The notes under the pieces: model-generated
Database searches by the model: none
What the model was told of the DNA's origin: nothing
Seen by the model: the letters and a program-made list of their open reading frames with translations, nothing else
Shown: piece after piece, positions 14,141 through 28,204 of the stretch
Numbering within the stretch: position 1 is the stretch's first letter
Layout of the letters: every line of letters begins with the position of its first letter
Made by a program: the position numbers and the translations under genes
DNA from: Octopus vulgaris
Taxonomy: Eukaryota
Direction of reading: 5' to 3'
DNA: 64,000 nucleotides
Assembly (NCBI GenBank): GCA_951406725.2
Contig: OX597815.1
Coordinates: forward strand, 14,260,001-14,324,000

Positions 14141-15064
14141 TAGGTTTTCGTAGTTTGAACATATGAAACCTCACCCCAACCCCCACAAACAGATCATAAA
14201 CTTTATTCTGTGCGAACAGAATTTTTCCAACAGTATATCTATTCGGGTCTGCGTATGTGTCTATGTATACACATGTGTGTATGATTTTATAAATCCACAC
14301 ACACACAATATATATATATACTTACAATATATATATATACTTATTATATATATATAATTTACAAGATAAGGGCAAAAGAAAATTTTTCTTTTGCCCTTAT
14401 CTTGTAAATTATTTATAAATTTAACCTTTAAAGGTATTTTTGATATGCTGGCCATTGATAAAAAATTTTTCCCGAAAAAAGGAATTTTATCCTACATTAG
14501 TTTTATATATATATATACATACATACATACATACATACATACATACATACATACATCATACATACATACATACATACATACATACATACATACATACATA
14601 CATACATACATACATACATACAAGCATACAAACAGAGATACATACATGAACTCCATAGCCGTCACTCACTACCGAACATGACCTGGCAACATACGCCATG
14701 CTTCAAATAACTGCTTAGAGGGGCCATGCATCCACGTGTAGACATACAAGCCCTCAACGTTCCTCCCACTATTAATTTAGTGACATCTGTAGAGGGTGGC
14801 GGATGTGCAGCAATTTGTTGGTACTCGTTATCGGCCGAATAAACTGGAGCAATGTACGCTGTCCAGTCCATGAATTGAACTCACGTCCCTCTGATCATAA
14901 ACCTAACATTCTAAGCTCTAGGCTAGGCGCCTTCGTATAATTCGGAAATACATACATGAATATATTTGTCCGGAACAACCTATATTCTTCTCTCTTTTAT
15001 GTATGTCATTTCTGTTCTTTCGTCAGCCTCCATCTTTCTACCTGTGTCTCTCTTTCTCGCTCTG

Positions 15065-15115
<51 letters not shown>

Positions 15116-15590
15116 CTCAGCTTCTCTTTCTCTTTTTTTCTCTCTCTGTTATTCTTTCACTTGCGATTACACACAATAGAGAATATTAAAAAACTATAAG
15201 ATATAAGGCTGGCAGTTTTAGAAGAGAATATATTACGAATAAAATATCAATAACCGTCGTTATATTTAATGAACAGTTACTATCTCCATAAAACGAGTCC
15301 AGTCACCAATCAAAATACTATTTTGCTTTTTATGTATTACAATTTCTTTCACTGCAGTTCTTTACCTTGAGTATTTACTATAATTTATTTTTCTTATCAT
15401 TTCTTGGAATGTATTAAGACTCTTTTCTATGACATACATACGCACCTACATATATTATATATATGTACGTATACGTAAACATATGTATACATACACATAT
15501 ATATATATATATATATATAGATAGATATATATATATATATATACATATATAAATATATAGGTATACATTTAATATGTATGTGTGTATGAA

Positions 15591-15632
<42 letters not shown>

Positions 15633-17349
15633 TATATAGATATAAATAGATATATATATATAGATATATATATAGATATAGATATATAGATATAGGGTAA
15701 AGAATTATTAATTTAATAACTAATAAATTTTATCAAGTAGTTTCGGGATGGAAAAAACCATTATCAGTAAAATCTTGTACAAAAGAATTAGCTGTCTTTG
15801 GCTGCTGTTTCTAAATTTTCGGTACGTGGTGAAGCAACTTGTTGCTAAACTCTAAATAATATATATATATATATATATAACAGGTGTATATATGTGAATG
15901 TGCGCGTGTACATGTATACACACAGAGATGTACTTTTTTGTAATTTTGTGTGTGTTCATGAATAAATACGTACCACAAACCACACGTTTAGCAGTATTCT
16001 GTGAAGAGACGAAAGTCGTAACATCTGGCCGTGCAATAAGAAAAAAATAATCACCAAGTAATATTACTAAATGTTAGAGATCTGTCATCTTGTGGATTAC
16101 TACGATCAACTCATCGCCATCTATTTGCTCGATCAATATGTGTGTGTGTTTGTGTGCGTTCGTGTGTGTATACATACATACATACATACATACATACATA
16201 CATACATACATACATACATACATACATACATGTACGCACACACATGTAAATACACTTCACCATTACTTTCAGTGTTTTACGGCTTTATTCCATTCTGAAA
16301 TGGTTTGACTCTGTAGCCACAAATCAAATCAGTTCTTACAAAGATTTACTATTCTCTTAGATGTCTCCTTTATGCATTCCGATTTTAGCTAATCTGTTTA
16401 CAAAGGGATCTGAATGCAGTTTATTTGAGACCAAGAACTATATAGCTTGTTCTTTCTTTAGCAAGATTAAGGGACACACTGTACTCTAAGTTATCTCAGT
16501 TCTTTCACACGCTATCATAAAATGTGTAGCTGGGATATTTTATTGTGGTGTCAACACATGATTTCTCTCTACTTAACGTGGACTGAATTCATTAGTTAAA
16601 GGTAAATCTGAGCGCTCAGCAATATGTTTAGCTATATATGTCTGCCAGGATACACACGAACGTACACACACACGCACACACAAATATATATGTGTGTGTG
16701 TTTGTGTGAGTGAGTGGTAGGGTTGTTCGTGTTTGCGAGTGTGAACGTGCGTGTGAGTGCGTTCTTGTGTATGCTTGTGTGTGTGTGTGTGTGTGTGTGT
16801 GTGCAAGTATGTGTGTGTATGTGTGTGTGCATGTGTGTGTGTGTGTGATCATTTGTAAGATAAGCCCTGCAATAAATTTGTAAATAATGAACCCAGAGCC
16901 ACACAATCTAAATATGTATGTTATCCACCTTTCTATTCGATCCCAGAATAATCCATTATTTCAGTATACGAACCTCTCCTGTTTATTTTGAATTTCACCG
17001 ATTTTATTCCATTTTCTTTCTTAAACAATAACACTGTCAATTAAATGCTAACTTCAGTTCGCTTAACCAATTTTCCCCATTTGCATTTTTGACACCGGCT
17101 GTCATAAATATAATCCGAGCCAGTGAGTACATAAATTGAGGATTAGAATGCACAAACCTGAAGGAAATAGATCCAAATCTTATTAATTTCAGTTTCAAAA
17201 CTCAAGTTAATATGGTAATGTTACCATAACAACAAAGGTGTGTGTGTATATAACGGGAAGCTTTATGAAAATAAACAAAAGACGAAGGCAGGTGGAATAC
17301 AAACAAACAATTGTATTAGTATGGCGCTCAGGAATATAAATAAAACAAG

Positions 17350-17387
17350 TCTTTTACGTTTCGAGCCTACGCTCTTCAACAGAAAGA
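17350..17387 (-). ncRNA. Minimal type I hammerhead-ribozyme-like motif (variant core), Penelope-associated type
   Basis: Minus strand UCUUU-CUGUUGA-A-GAGC-GUAG-GCUC-GAAA-CG-UA-AAAGA: stem I, core, stem II and palindromic ACGU stem III. Confidence 0.55.
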
Positions 17388-17653
17388 TACACAGAAAAGA
17401 AACACAGAAAGAAGGAGAGAAAAAATGCGTGCAGAGGATAGCGAATCAACATGGCGATATGATTTCGGCCAGAAGTCAAATATCAAACGTGAGACGCAAG
17501 AGCGAAATTAGGGGAGATAATAGGGTTAAATGACCTCGCCCCAACATAAGAGTGTGTGTGTGTATGAGAGAGTATTAGTGCGTATGAGAGGTCTGGACGT
17601 GTGCATGTATATATGATGTGATGTGTAAAGTCGTATGGTGTAGTGTATATATA

Positions 17654-17700
<47 letters not shown>

Positions 17701-17772
17701 GGGAGAATTCACGAAAAAAAGCAAAAGACGAAACAGGTGGTGTAGAAAACAAACGCTAGGGAATTGAAAAAG

Positions 17773-17811
17773 TCTTTTACGTTTCGAGCCTACGCTCTTC
17801 CACAGAAAAGA
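17773..17811 (-). ncRNA. Second hammerhead-like motif, 423 nt from the first
   Basis: Minus strand UCUUUU-CUGUGGA-A-GAGC-GUAG-GCUC-GAAA-CG-UA-AAAGA. Confidence 0.5.
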
Positions 17812-17871
17812 ACACATAAAGAAACAAGGAGAGAAACAAAGAGAGAAAAAGATGTGTGTAGTGGCTACCGA

Positions 17872-17940
<69 letters not shown>

Positions 17941-18228
17941 AGCGGTTGTAGTAACCGACTAAGGGATAAAGTATCCGTATATACTATCAGCATCCGTTAC
18001 TTGTATTAACCCCGGGCAATGGTGTGCAAGCACACCATATACGTCGAACGCGGGTAACAACAGGATAAACAATATCCGGAACCGATGCAAATAATTATAT
18101 AATGGCGAAAAAAAGATTAACCAGCACATCGATTGGACCCCATTTTATAGCTTATTTATTGATACAATTCATGACATAACAAATCTTACAGCTATTTCTA
18201 ATCGGATTACCATAATACAAATAATTAC

Positions 18229-18537
18229 GGGTGCTGTAAATAGCACCAGCACGCTAAAAATAGCAGTCAGAAGACGACTACCACCACAAATTTTCACTGA
18301 TACACATTAATTGAAATTGGGGTAATGAGCAGAAACTCTAAGCCTCCATACCAATAACGAAAAGAATTGGAAATTGAAAAGCCAGACATGTCTGGCTTTT
18401 CAATTTACCTGTCTAGCTTTTTACTTACGATTTCTGCTCATTCTCCTGATTTCAATTAAAGTGTTTCAGTGAAAATTTGTGGTGGTAGTCGTCTTCTGAC
18501 TGCTATTTTTAGCGTGTTAGTGCTCTTTGCAGCACCC
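18229..18537. repeat. About 310-bp inverted repeat with a perfect 36-bp central palindrome
   Basis: Centre AAATTGAAAAGCCAGACA|TGTCTGGCTTTTCAATTT (18371-18406); outer arms ~18229-18343 and ~18424-18537 are diverged reverse complements. Confidence 0.9.
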
Positions 18538-18612
18538 TTGATTACCAATAAAATTTTGTTTTACCTTATGGCATTTTTTATGCATGCTATGCCACTTGGT
18601 ATTATTGTAAAA

Positions 18613-18834
18613 GGTGGCGAGCTGGCAGAAACGTTAGCACGCCGGGCGAAATGCTTAGCGGTATTTCACTTGTCGTTACGTTGTGAGTTCAAATTCCGCC
18701 TTTGCCTTTCATCCTTTCGGGGTCGATAAATTAAGTACCAGTTACGCACTGGGGTCGATGTAATCGACTTAATACCTATCTCTGTCCTTGTTTGTCCCCT
18801 CTATGTTTAGCCCCCTGTGGGTAATAAAGAAATC
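18613..18834 (+). mobile_element. SINE family B with Tx1-like tail and 14-bp TSD
   Basis: TSD GGTATTATT(G/A)TAAA at 18598-18611 and 18835-18848. Confidence 0.9.
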
Positions 18835-20762
18835 GGTATTATTATAAACAATAATATCCTTATATAAATGCACGAAACTGAGTATTAGTATTTTGGGTCG
18901 ATATCTGATGAAGAACTGGGGTCCTTCTGTATCTGTCCAACGTGTACGTTGTGTATTATTTAATGCATTTTTCATTTATTGAGTAACTGAATGCAACGCA
19001 TCCCGACTTTTGCTAACAGTAAGTTTTTATGTATATTCTCTCTCCCTTATTCCTCTCCATTTGCTACCCACACGTGTCCGGTGACTGATTTTCTATTTTC
19101 CGCCTTTTCTGGACACCCAGCGTGCTTGACAACATTTTTCTTCTCTCTTCTCAATTCTGTTCTTTATATTCATTTGAGGATTTCTTCCGAGCGTTAATCC
19201 ATCAATCTCGTGCTTGGCCTTAAGGCTATATTTATCTATTGTCTTCGTCTATCGTTTCAAATTACTATTGTTTACTTTCGTACGTCCGCCCTGTATTATT
19301 TTGTTTGCTCGAGCCCTAATTCTACGTAAATCTTGCAGGTACCGCTGATATACAAAGTTACTAGTTTTATCTTTAAAGGCACGAAGCTAGGTATTAGCAT
19401 TTTCGGTCGATAACTAATGAAGAATTAGTGTCCGGATGTCTGACTTTCGTGTACGTTTTGTAGTATTTAATGCATTTTTCATATATATATATATATATAA
19501 CAAAATAATAAATAAAACATATGCATATATACATACATATATGTACATACCTACATCTATATGTATATATATATGGGCATATATGGGTACTGGAAACCAA
19601 AAGACGTAGAACACAATGAGAAACGAAAACATAAAAACAAAAACATGGAAACGGACTGTTTCAAACGACGAAAAAACAGAGTACAAGACATACAACACAA
19701 GGAATATTCCCCTTCTTCAGTTGCCCCTGTTTCGACTACTCCGTGTTTCGAATATATAAGCTCAAGGAATTAAGTCATTCATCTGAAAACATGCAAAGCG
19801 TTACACATTGGTCTTATATGTATATTCGTGCATAGATGAAATATTAAGAATACTTAAGGCAAGGATAGTGTCCCTCTATCTACAGCGCATTTAAAATGTT
19901 TTGGCCAATTTTTCAGCCCTATTTATCCAAACAGTATAAAAGTTACATCTTAAACATCGATCTTTACATTATAGTTACTCTACGTCGTTAAACGCCGTCA
20001 AAAAGAATGTAGATATTCGCCTACCACAAAAATAAACTTTACGTCGTTAGAATTATGCACAAGATAATGATTCTCATTAGTAATGTAATTAATAGTTTTA
20101 ACTGTCTTATAACTAATTGGAATAAGTTTCAAAGCATTTACATTAAACAATAAAGCTTTGTATGGCATCAAATAAAAATATAAAATATAAGATTAACATA
20201 CTTCATTATAAAAATAACCAGGTAGCCAACCTTAATGTATACGTGAAGCACGCGCACATACACATGTACATACACACGCACACACATACCCAAACAGACG
20301 CAGACAAACACACGTCTGTATATCATTCATTAACGACTAAGTGTATTAAGTATTAATTACACATCATAAACAATTATATTTATATTCCATTCCTCATGAT
20401 CATTTTTGAAAGAAAATAATCATTCCAACCGCGTTGTCTGTTAACACACAAACACACACTGTCACACGCGCACACACTCACACAAGCACATACACACGCT
20501 CATTCACTCACTTATATACACATGTAACACACATCTAACTGCCATTTCTTCATTTTGAATTTGATATTGTCCTCTTTTAAACACATTATTCATCCTTTGT
20601 TTTCACCTCGTTCAGCTAATCGTTCCTATATCTCTGGTAGTCTACAAATATTTAGCAATTGCCAATGTAAATAAACTTTATAAATGTAATATTTCCTGCT
20701 TTTATAGTTTTGAAACTCAATAAAGCTAAATATTTCCAGTGAATTTTTTCGAATAATAATAA

Positions 20763-20958
20763 TCTTTATATATAAAAGTAAGGTTGTGTGTCTATCTCCT
20801 ACGATTTAGATTCCTAATTACTCCCACATTTTGCGGTGCAGTTTAACCGAAACCGGGTATCTTATAGTCGTGATTCATATCGAGCCCTTCTGGGTATTAG
20901 CGCGCGTCTACGATGAGTCTACGATTTAAAAAAAAATTTACCATCATTTTTTTCCACT
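20763..20958 (+). mobile_element. 5' part of a non-autonomous Helitron
   Basis: A|TCTTTATATATAAAAG start; matches the reverse complement of ~46380-46574; ends where a SINE A fragment begins (20960-21143). Confidence 0.75.
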
Positions 20959-21221
20959 TGACCGGTGCTGGTGTGTTTGCTTACTCATAACTTACTCATA
21001 ACTTAGACATTTGAGCGAAAGAAACTAAGAGAATAAGTGCCATATTTACAATCAGTACTGCAGTCGATTTCTGTGATTAAACCCTCAAAGATAGTCCTCC
21101 AGCATGGCTGCAATCCAATGATTGAAATGCGTAAAACATAAAAGTCTACCTTTGTCACTTGTTATCTAAATATTTCAGCATGTTTATTATGGTTGTAACG
21201 TGTCAGCAAAAAACTCATATA

Positions 21222-22320
<1,099 letters not shown>

Positions 22321-22323
22321 TGC

Positions 22324-22387
<64 letters not shown>

Positions 22388-22668
22388 CTATATTTTCATT
22401 AGATGTTTATTATTGTAATTATCTCGCGTTCTTATTTGAGATTGGCCCCAAATGCTATCACGCAATTATGCTATCTTTTATCTTATCTGAAGCGGAGATA
22501 ATTTTAATAAATACAGAACAACCTTTAGGCAAATTGCATATATCTGCCACGTAAATAAGCGTAAATATTTCACGGAATTGCACTTATGCGCATGCGTTAA
22601 GTGATAGATGATATAGAAAAATTAGTTCACCATCCACGCACCATTGCCACTTCTAACACCACCACCAT

Positions 22669-22739
<71 letters not shown>

Positions 22740-23336
22740 CCTTTCTTTAACCTTGCTATCAGAACATCAGCCTTCTGCTAAAATTATATGTCTAGCTCTT
22801 TTTCTATATATCACTACCTTCAACTAACTTTTTTAACTACGTAATAAATATTACGTTCCCCTTACCTACACGTCATGGTTGCTCTTTTTTCTCTTTCTCT
22901 CTTTCTGTCTCAGTTTTCACCTTATACTCTTTTTCTCTCTCTCCTTTTCCCCTTGAACTAATCACACGAAAGCGTAACAATTGCATTGAACGCTTCTCTC
23001 TCTCCCTTTCTCTCTCACGCTTTTCTTTCTTCCTCTTTTTGTCTAATCTAATGAAACCGTTCCCGACGGGCTAAGTAACGTAATGACAAGAAGAATTATT
23101 ATAAGATAGTATTTAATATGTCTTTACTCGTTATTCAAATGGATACTCTTATTTCTCTTAGAGCATTTTCACTTCATATAGACAGACAAACAGAGAAAGA
23201 GAAAGATAGAGAGAAAGAGGGAGAAAGAGAAAGTGTTACACACTCATGTATATAATATTGATAGATAGATAAGTAAATAGACAGACAGACAGGCAGGTGA
23301 GTAGATAGACAGATAGATAGAAAGATAGATAGACAC

Positions 23337-23457
23337 ATACATACATATATGCATACATACATACATACATACATACATACATACATGCATACATACATAC
23401 ATACATGCATATATACATACATATATGCATACATACATGCATACATACATGCATGCA

Positions 23458-23490
<33 letters not shown>

Positions 23491-23557
23491 GCATACATAC
23501 ATACATATATACATACATACATACATATATACATACATACATACATACATACATACA

Positions 23558-23590
<33 letters not shown>

Positions 23591-23681
23591 GCATACATAC
23601 ATACATACATACATGCATACATACATACATACATACATACATACATACATACATACATACATACATACATACATACATACA

Positions 23682-23715
<34 letters not shown>

Positions 23716-24040
23716 CATACATACATACATACATACATACATACATACATACATGCATACATGCATGCATACATACATACATACATACATACATACATAC
23801 ATACATACATACATGCGTACATACATACAAACATACATATATACATAATACATACATACATACATACATACATACATACATACATACATACATACATACA
23901 TGCATGCATGCATACATACATACATACATACATACATACACATACATGCATACATACATACATACATACATACATACATACATACATACATGCATACATA
24001 CATACATGCATACATACATACATACGTACATACATACACA
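23337..24040. repeat. About 700-bp (TACA)n microsatellite with TGCA/TATA variants
   Basis: Seen directly; source of the long HTYI/MYVC ORFs. Confidence 0.97.
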
Positions 24041-24432
24041 TGTACATTTATGCACGAGAATCCACAATGTACCCACATATAGAACACATAGAAAGGATCT
24101 CAGAGGAAGCAGCATTAAAAAAATCTCCTCCAGCAGAACCAGAAGCCTCTGTAGTTGTGCTGTAAAAAGAAAGAAGAGGGAAAGAAGAGAGAAGGAAGTT
24201 GCAGGTCCGTAGGCTGTTCTTTGGATGCGGTATAGGATATAGTTTTGTTAAACTTCAGCTTCGTTTCATAGACACAAAACATACAAAATTTCAATGAATC
24301 AAATACGTACGAAATTGTCACAGAGCAGAACTCCTGGAAATGCGGTACACCAAACCAGAAACTGGAACTAATAACAAATACTATAAATACTACAAAGGCA
24401 CTAAAACTTTCAAACATATTTATATATTCATT

Positions 24433-24478
<46 letters not shown>

Positions 24479-24505
24479 TTTATATTTATTTATTTATATA
24501 TATAG

Positions 24506-24538
<33 letters not shown>

Positions 24539-24611
24539 TTTATAGATAGATAGATTGATACAAATATATATATATATGTATATGTATATATACATATATA
24601 TATACATATAT

Positions 24612-24642
<31 letters not shown>

Positions 24643-24775
24643 CATGCATGCATATAGTTAAATATGCATCTAAACAGCACTCATAAACTGAATATTCACT
24701 CTATAATGTATATATATGTAGATATATAGATAGATAGATAGATAGGTACATAGATACACACAAGTGCACATATAA

Positions 24776-24808
<33 letters not shown>

Positions 24809-25299
24809 TGTACGTATGGATGTATGTATGTATTTATAGATGTATGTATGTATGTATAACGCTACTTTGAAGCAATCGACTGAATATTTTTCAAGTGTAT
24901 TCTCTTTTTGAAAGTTTGAAAATATTAGAAGTGTGTTTTTTTTTTAAATTCCCAATATTTTAACTACCCATCGAAATGCAAACAAATGTTCCTTTTATTT
25001 CTGCGCGATATTGAAGCACAAACAAATGTCCTCGTTTATTTATACGCGTGCGCAAACAACTTGCACAACACTTAGAACAGTTGAACAGCAAATGTTCGTG
25101 TATATTTTTACGCAAATAACAAATAAAATCTTATATTAGTCACAGAATATTTCACTCAGAACCACGAACAAATGTTCTTGTTTATTCTTGCACACAGAAG
25201 TTTCTATAAACAAAATCTATTTCAAAATCCTACTTCACACGTCTATTTTTGAAAGAAATGAATATACACTTCTCCTAAAAAGCTAACGACAATATATGC

Positions 25300-25389
25300 C
25301 TGTGTGTGAGAGAGAGAGAGAGGGAGAGAATGAGAGAGAATGAGTGAGACAGAGATAGAGTGAGTGAGAGGGAGTGAGTGAGAGAGAAT

Positions 25390-25420
<31 letters not shown>

Positions 25421-25735
25421 AGCGAGAGAGAGGGAGAGAGGGAGAGAGGGAGAGAATGAGAGAGAGAGAGAGGGAGAGACGGAGAGAGAGTGAGTGAGAG
25501 GGAGGGAGTGAGTGAGAGAGAGTGAATGAGAGAGAGTGAGAGAGACAGAGAGAGAGTGAGTGAGAGGGATAAAATGAGAGAGAGTGAGAGTGTGTGTGTG
25601 TGAGAGAGATAGAGTGAGCGAGAGAGAGAGTGAGAGAGAGTGTGAGAGAGAGAGTGAGAAAGAGTGAGAGACAGAATGAGAGAGAATGAGAGAGTGTGTG
25701 TGTGTGTGTGTGTGTGTTTGTGTGTGTGCGTGCCT
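25300..25735. repeat. (GA)n/(GT)n degenerate microsatellite
   Basis: Seen directly. Confidence 0.95.
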
Positions 25736-26385
25736 GCGTGCAACTGTCATTTAACGAATATTACTTCGAAATCCCACATCACGATACGCAAACCCGTGTC
25801 CGCAACAAACATAAAAGAGAGTGAAATTGATATTGTCAATGCCTGGTTGGGCTCGTCTCCAGCCGGAACACACACACACACACCTATTATATTTAATATG
25901 CCAACACTGCCCCCCCACCCCACTCTTCACTAAACTATCATCAAGACAATTTGAAAACAACTAAAGCAAATTTCGAAGGCCTTTCATCTCCTTAAAATAT
26001 ATGTGAAACAATTCCATTTAATATTCTCTTGATACAGTTCAGCTGCAGCTATCACAAAAACAATCATCTCTGTTTAGCACTGACCTTAATGACCTCGTTA
26101 CTGTCCATCCTTTTACTAATGGTACAGCTTCTCACCTTTCCTCGATAACCATATCTACCATTATGGCAACATTATCCTCATTATCATCATCATTCTCCCT
26201 CTCTTCCTAGTCATCATCATCATCGTCTTCTACTTTTGCTATAATTCCTACTGCTGCTACTTCTACTAACTCTATCAACAAGAGGAAACCATTTCCCATC
26301 ATTTTCACCATTTGAAATCAACATGAAAGTCTTATTAAACTCATCTAGCGTGGAAAGCATGACGTCATCCCCTAATGTACCTATT

Positions 26386-26981
26386 TCTTTAGTACCCACA
26401 AGGGGCTAAACACAGAGAGGACAAACAAGGACAGACAGACGGATTAAGTCGATTACATCGACCCCAGTGCGTAACTGGTACTTAATTTATCAACCCCGAA
26501 AGGATGTAAGGCAAAGTTGACCTCGGCGGAATTTGAACTCAGAACGTAGCGGCAGACGAAATATCTATTTCTTTATAACCCACAAGGGGCTAAACATAGA
26601 GGGGACAAACAAGGACAGACAAACGGATTAAGTCGATTACATCGACCCCAGTGCGTAACTGGTACTTACTTTATCGACTCCGAAAGGATGAAAGGCAATG
26701 TCGACCTCGGCGGAATTTGAACTCAGAACGTAGCGGCAGACGAAATACCTATTTCTTTATTACCCACAAGGGGCTAAACATAGAAGGGACAAACAAGGAC
26801 AGACATAGGTATTAAGTCGATTACATCGACCTCAGTGCGTAACTGGTACTTAATTTATCGACTCCGAAAGGATGAAAGGCAATGTGGACCTCGTCGGAAT
26901 TTGAACTCAGAACGTAGCGGCAGACGAAATACCGCAAAGCATTTCGCCTGGCGTGCTAACGTTTCTGCCAGCTCGCCGCCC
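26386..26981 (-). mobile_element. Trimeric SINE B array (one head plus three 184-bp body-tail units) flanked by one 18-bp TSD
   Basis: Period 184 (26381, 26565, 26749); TSD TCCCCTAATGTACCTATT at 26368-26385 and 26983-27000. Confidence 0.92.
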
Positions 26982-27449
26982 TTCCCCTAATGTACCTATT
27001 ACTAATACAACAATGCTAAAATCAATCAGTTCGGAAATTGCTCCACCCCTATCCGCGTAAAGAAAACAAATTCACAAAATCTGCCGCTACACCCTTCGCA
27101 AGAGACTATGGCTACATTATGACTGTACATTCCACCCATTTACTAAGAACTCAATGCAGCCAATCCATAGTACTTACACTAAAAGCAACCTACTTGCTAT
27201 TTTAATAAGATAAAGCCCAAGCACTACTATAGCTCTAGTTGCTGCGTTGCAGGTCAAGGGTTTCATATATCAACTCGGAAAACAAGACATTCGATGGTAA
27301 CCAAAGTCACAACTACAGGGGCTTTCTCTAATCAAAGAACGCCATTTAGTATTATAATTGGCACCTTGAACGTGAGTGCTGTATACCAGAAGAGCAAACT
27401 CGAAAACGTCAGCTGTGAGTGCGACTGATTCCACATTAAATTTATGTGC

Positions 27450-27665
27450 GCGGCGAGCTGGCAGAATCGTTAGCATACTGGGGAAAATACTTGGCGGTAT
27501 TACGTCCGTCTTTACGTTCTGAGTTCAAATGTCACCGGGGTCAACTTTGCCTTTACTCCTTTCGGGTCAATAAAAGTGGTACCAGATGAGCACCGGGGTC
27601 GATGCAATAGACTCAGCCCCCTCCCTGAAACATCTGGCCTTGTGCCAAAATTTGAATGGAATATA
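27450..27665 (+). mobile_element. SINE family B, older copy
   Basis: GCGGCGAGCTGGCAGAATCGTTAGCA...GGCCTTGTGCCAAAATTTGAA. Confidence 0.85.
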
Positions 27666-27997
27666 ATCGATCTGTGTAAAGTAGGATGGAAGGGTGCTGA
27701 TGAAAAAGGATCAACTGAGAATACGACCGTTTATTCCAGGGATGCATGCACGAGAGAATATTTGAGTTTTTAATCACAGCAAGCACAACTAAAAAAAAAA
27801 AAGGATACAAAGATATACGTATACACAAAAAGAGTGCGTATGTGTATCGTGGTTTCCTTTGTATTAAGGTACATTCGCCCTGGGTGGATATATACCTGTT
27901 TTCTCTAATGCACAATTTTTCTTTGTAACCTGGTAATCATGCACTAACATTTAACATTCACCGGAGCATGTAGCTTCATTTCTTTATAATTTTTGTA

Positions 27998-28204
27998 CGA
28001 AGGAGTAATGAAAAGTTCCTGGCTTTAAAAGTATCACCAAAGGCGTGGCTGGAAGCCCAACCTTCTGAGTTCTTTCACAGAGCTTAGAAAAACTGAAGGA
28101 CCGCTGCAATAAATATGTGAATCTGAGAAGAAAACATGCTGAATAAAATATATTAACTTATCCTCCTGTATTTTCTTTTACAGGAACTTTTGAGCATCCC
28201 CTGG
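27998..28204 (+). mobile_element. Mariner-derived MITE (internal deletion derivative)
   Basis: TA-flanked imperfect TIRs (...GAAAAGTTCCTG / CAGGAACTTTT...); interior encodes the transposase C-terminus KAWLEAQPSEFF / EKLKDRCNKYV. Confidence 0.75.

Noticed and set aside
18866-18915. GAAA...CTGATGA as a permuted (type II) hammerhead; similar strings near 2290-2335 and 5030-5065
   Set aside because: I could not form stems I and II convincingly.
23174-24212. Long ORFs (up to 313 aa) of MYVC/HTYI, and similar YI, VC, LS and poly-amino-acid ORFs elsewhere
   Set aside because: They are translations of stop-free microsatellites, open in several frames on both strands.
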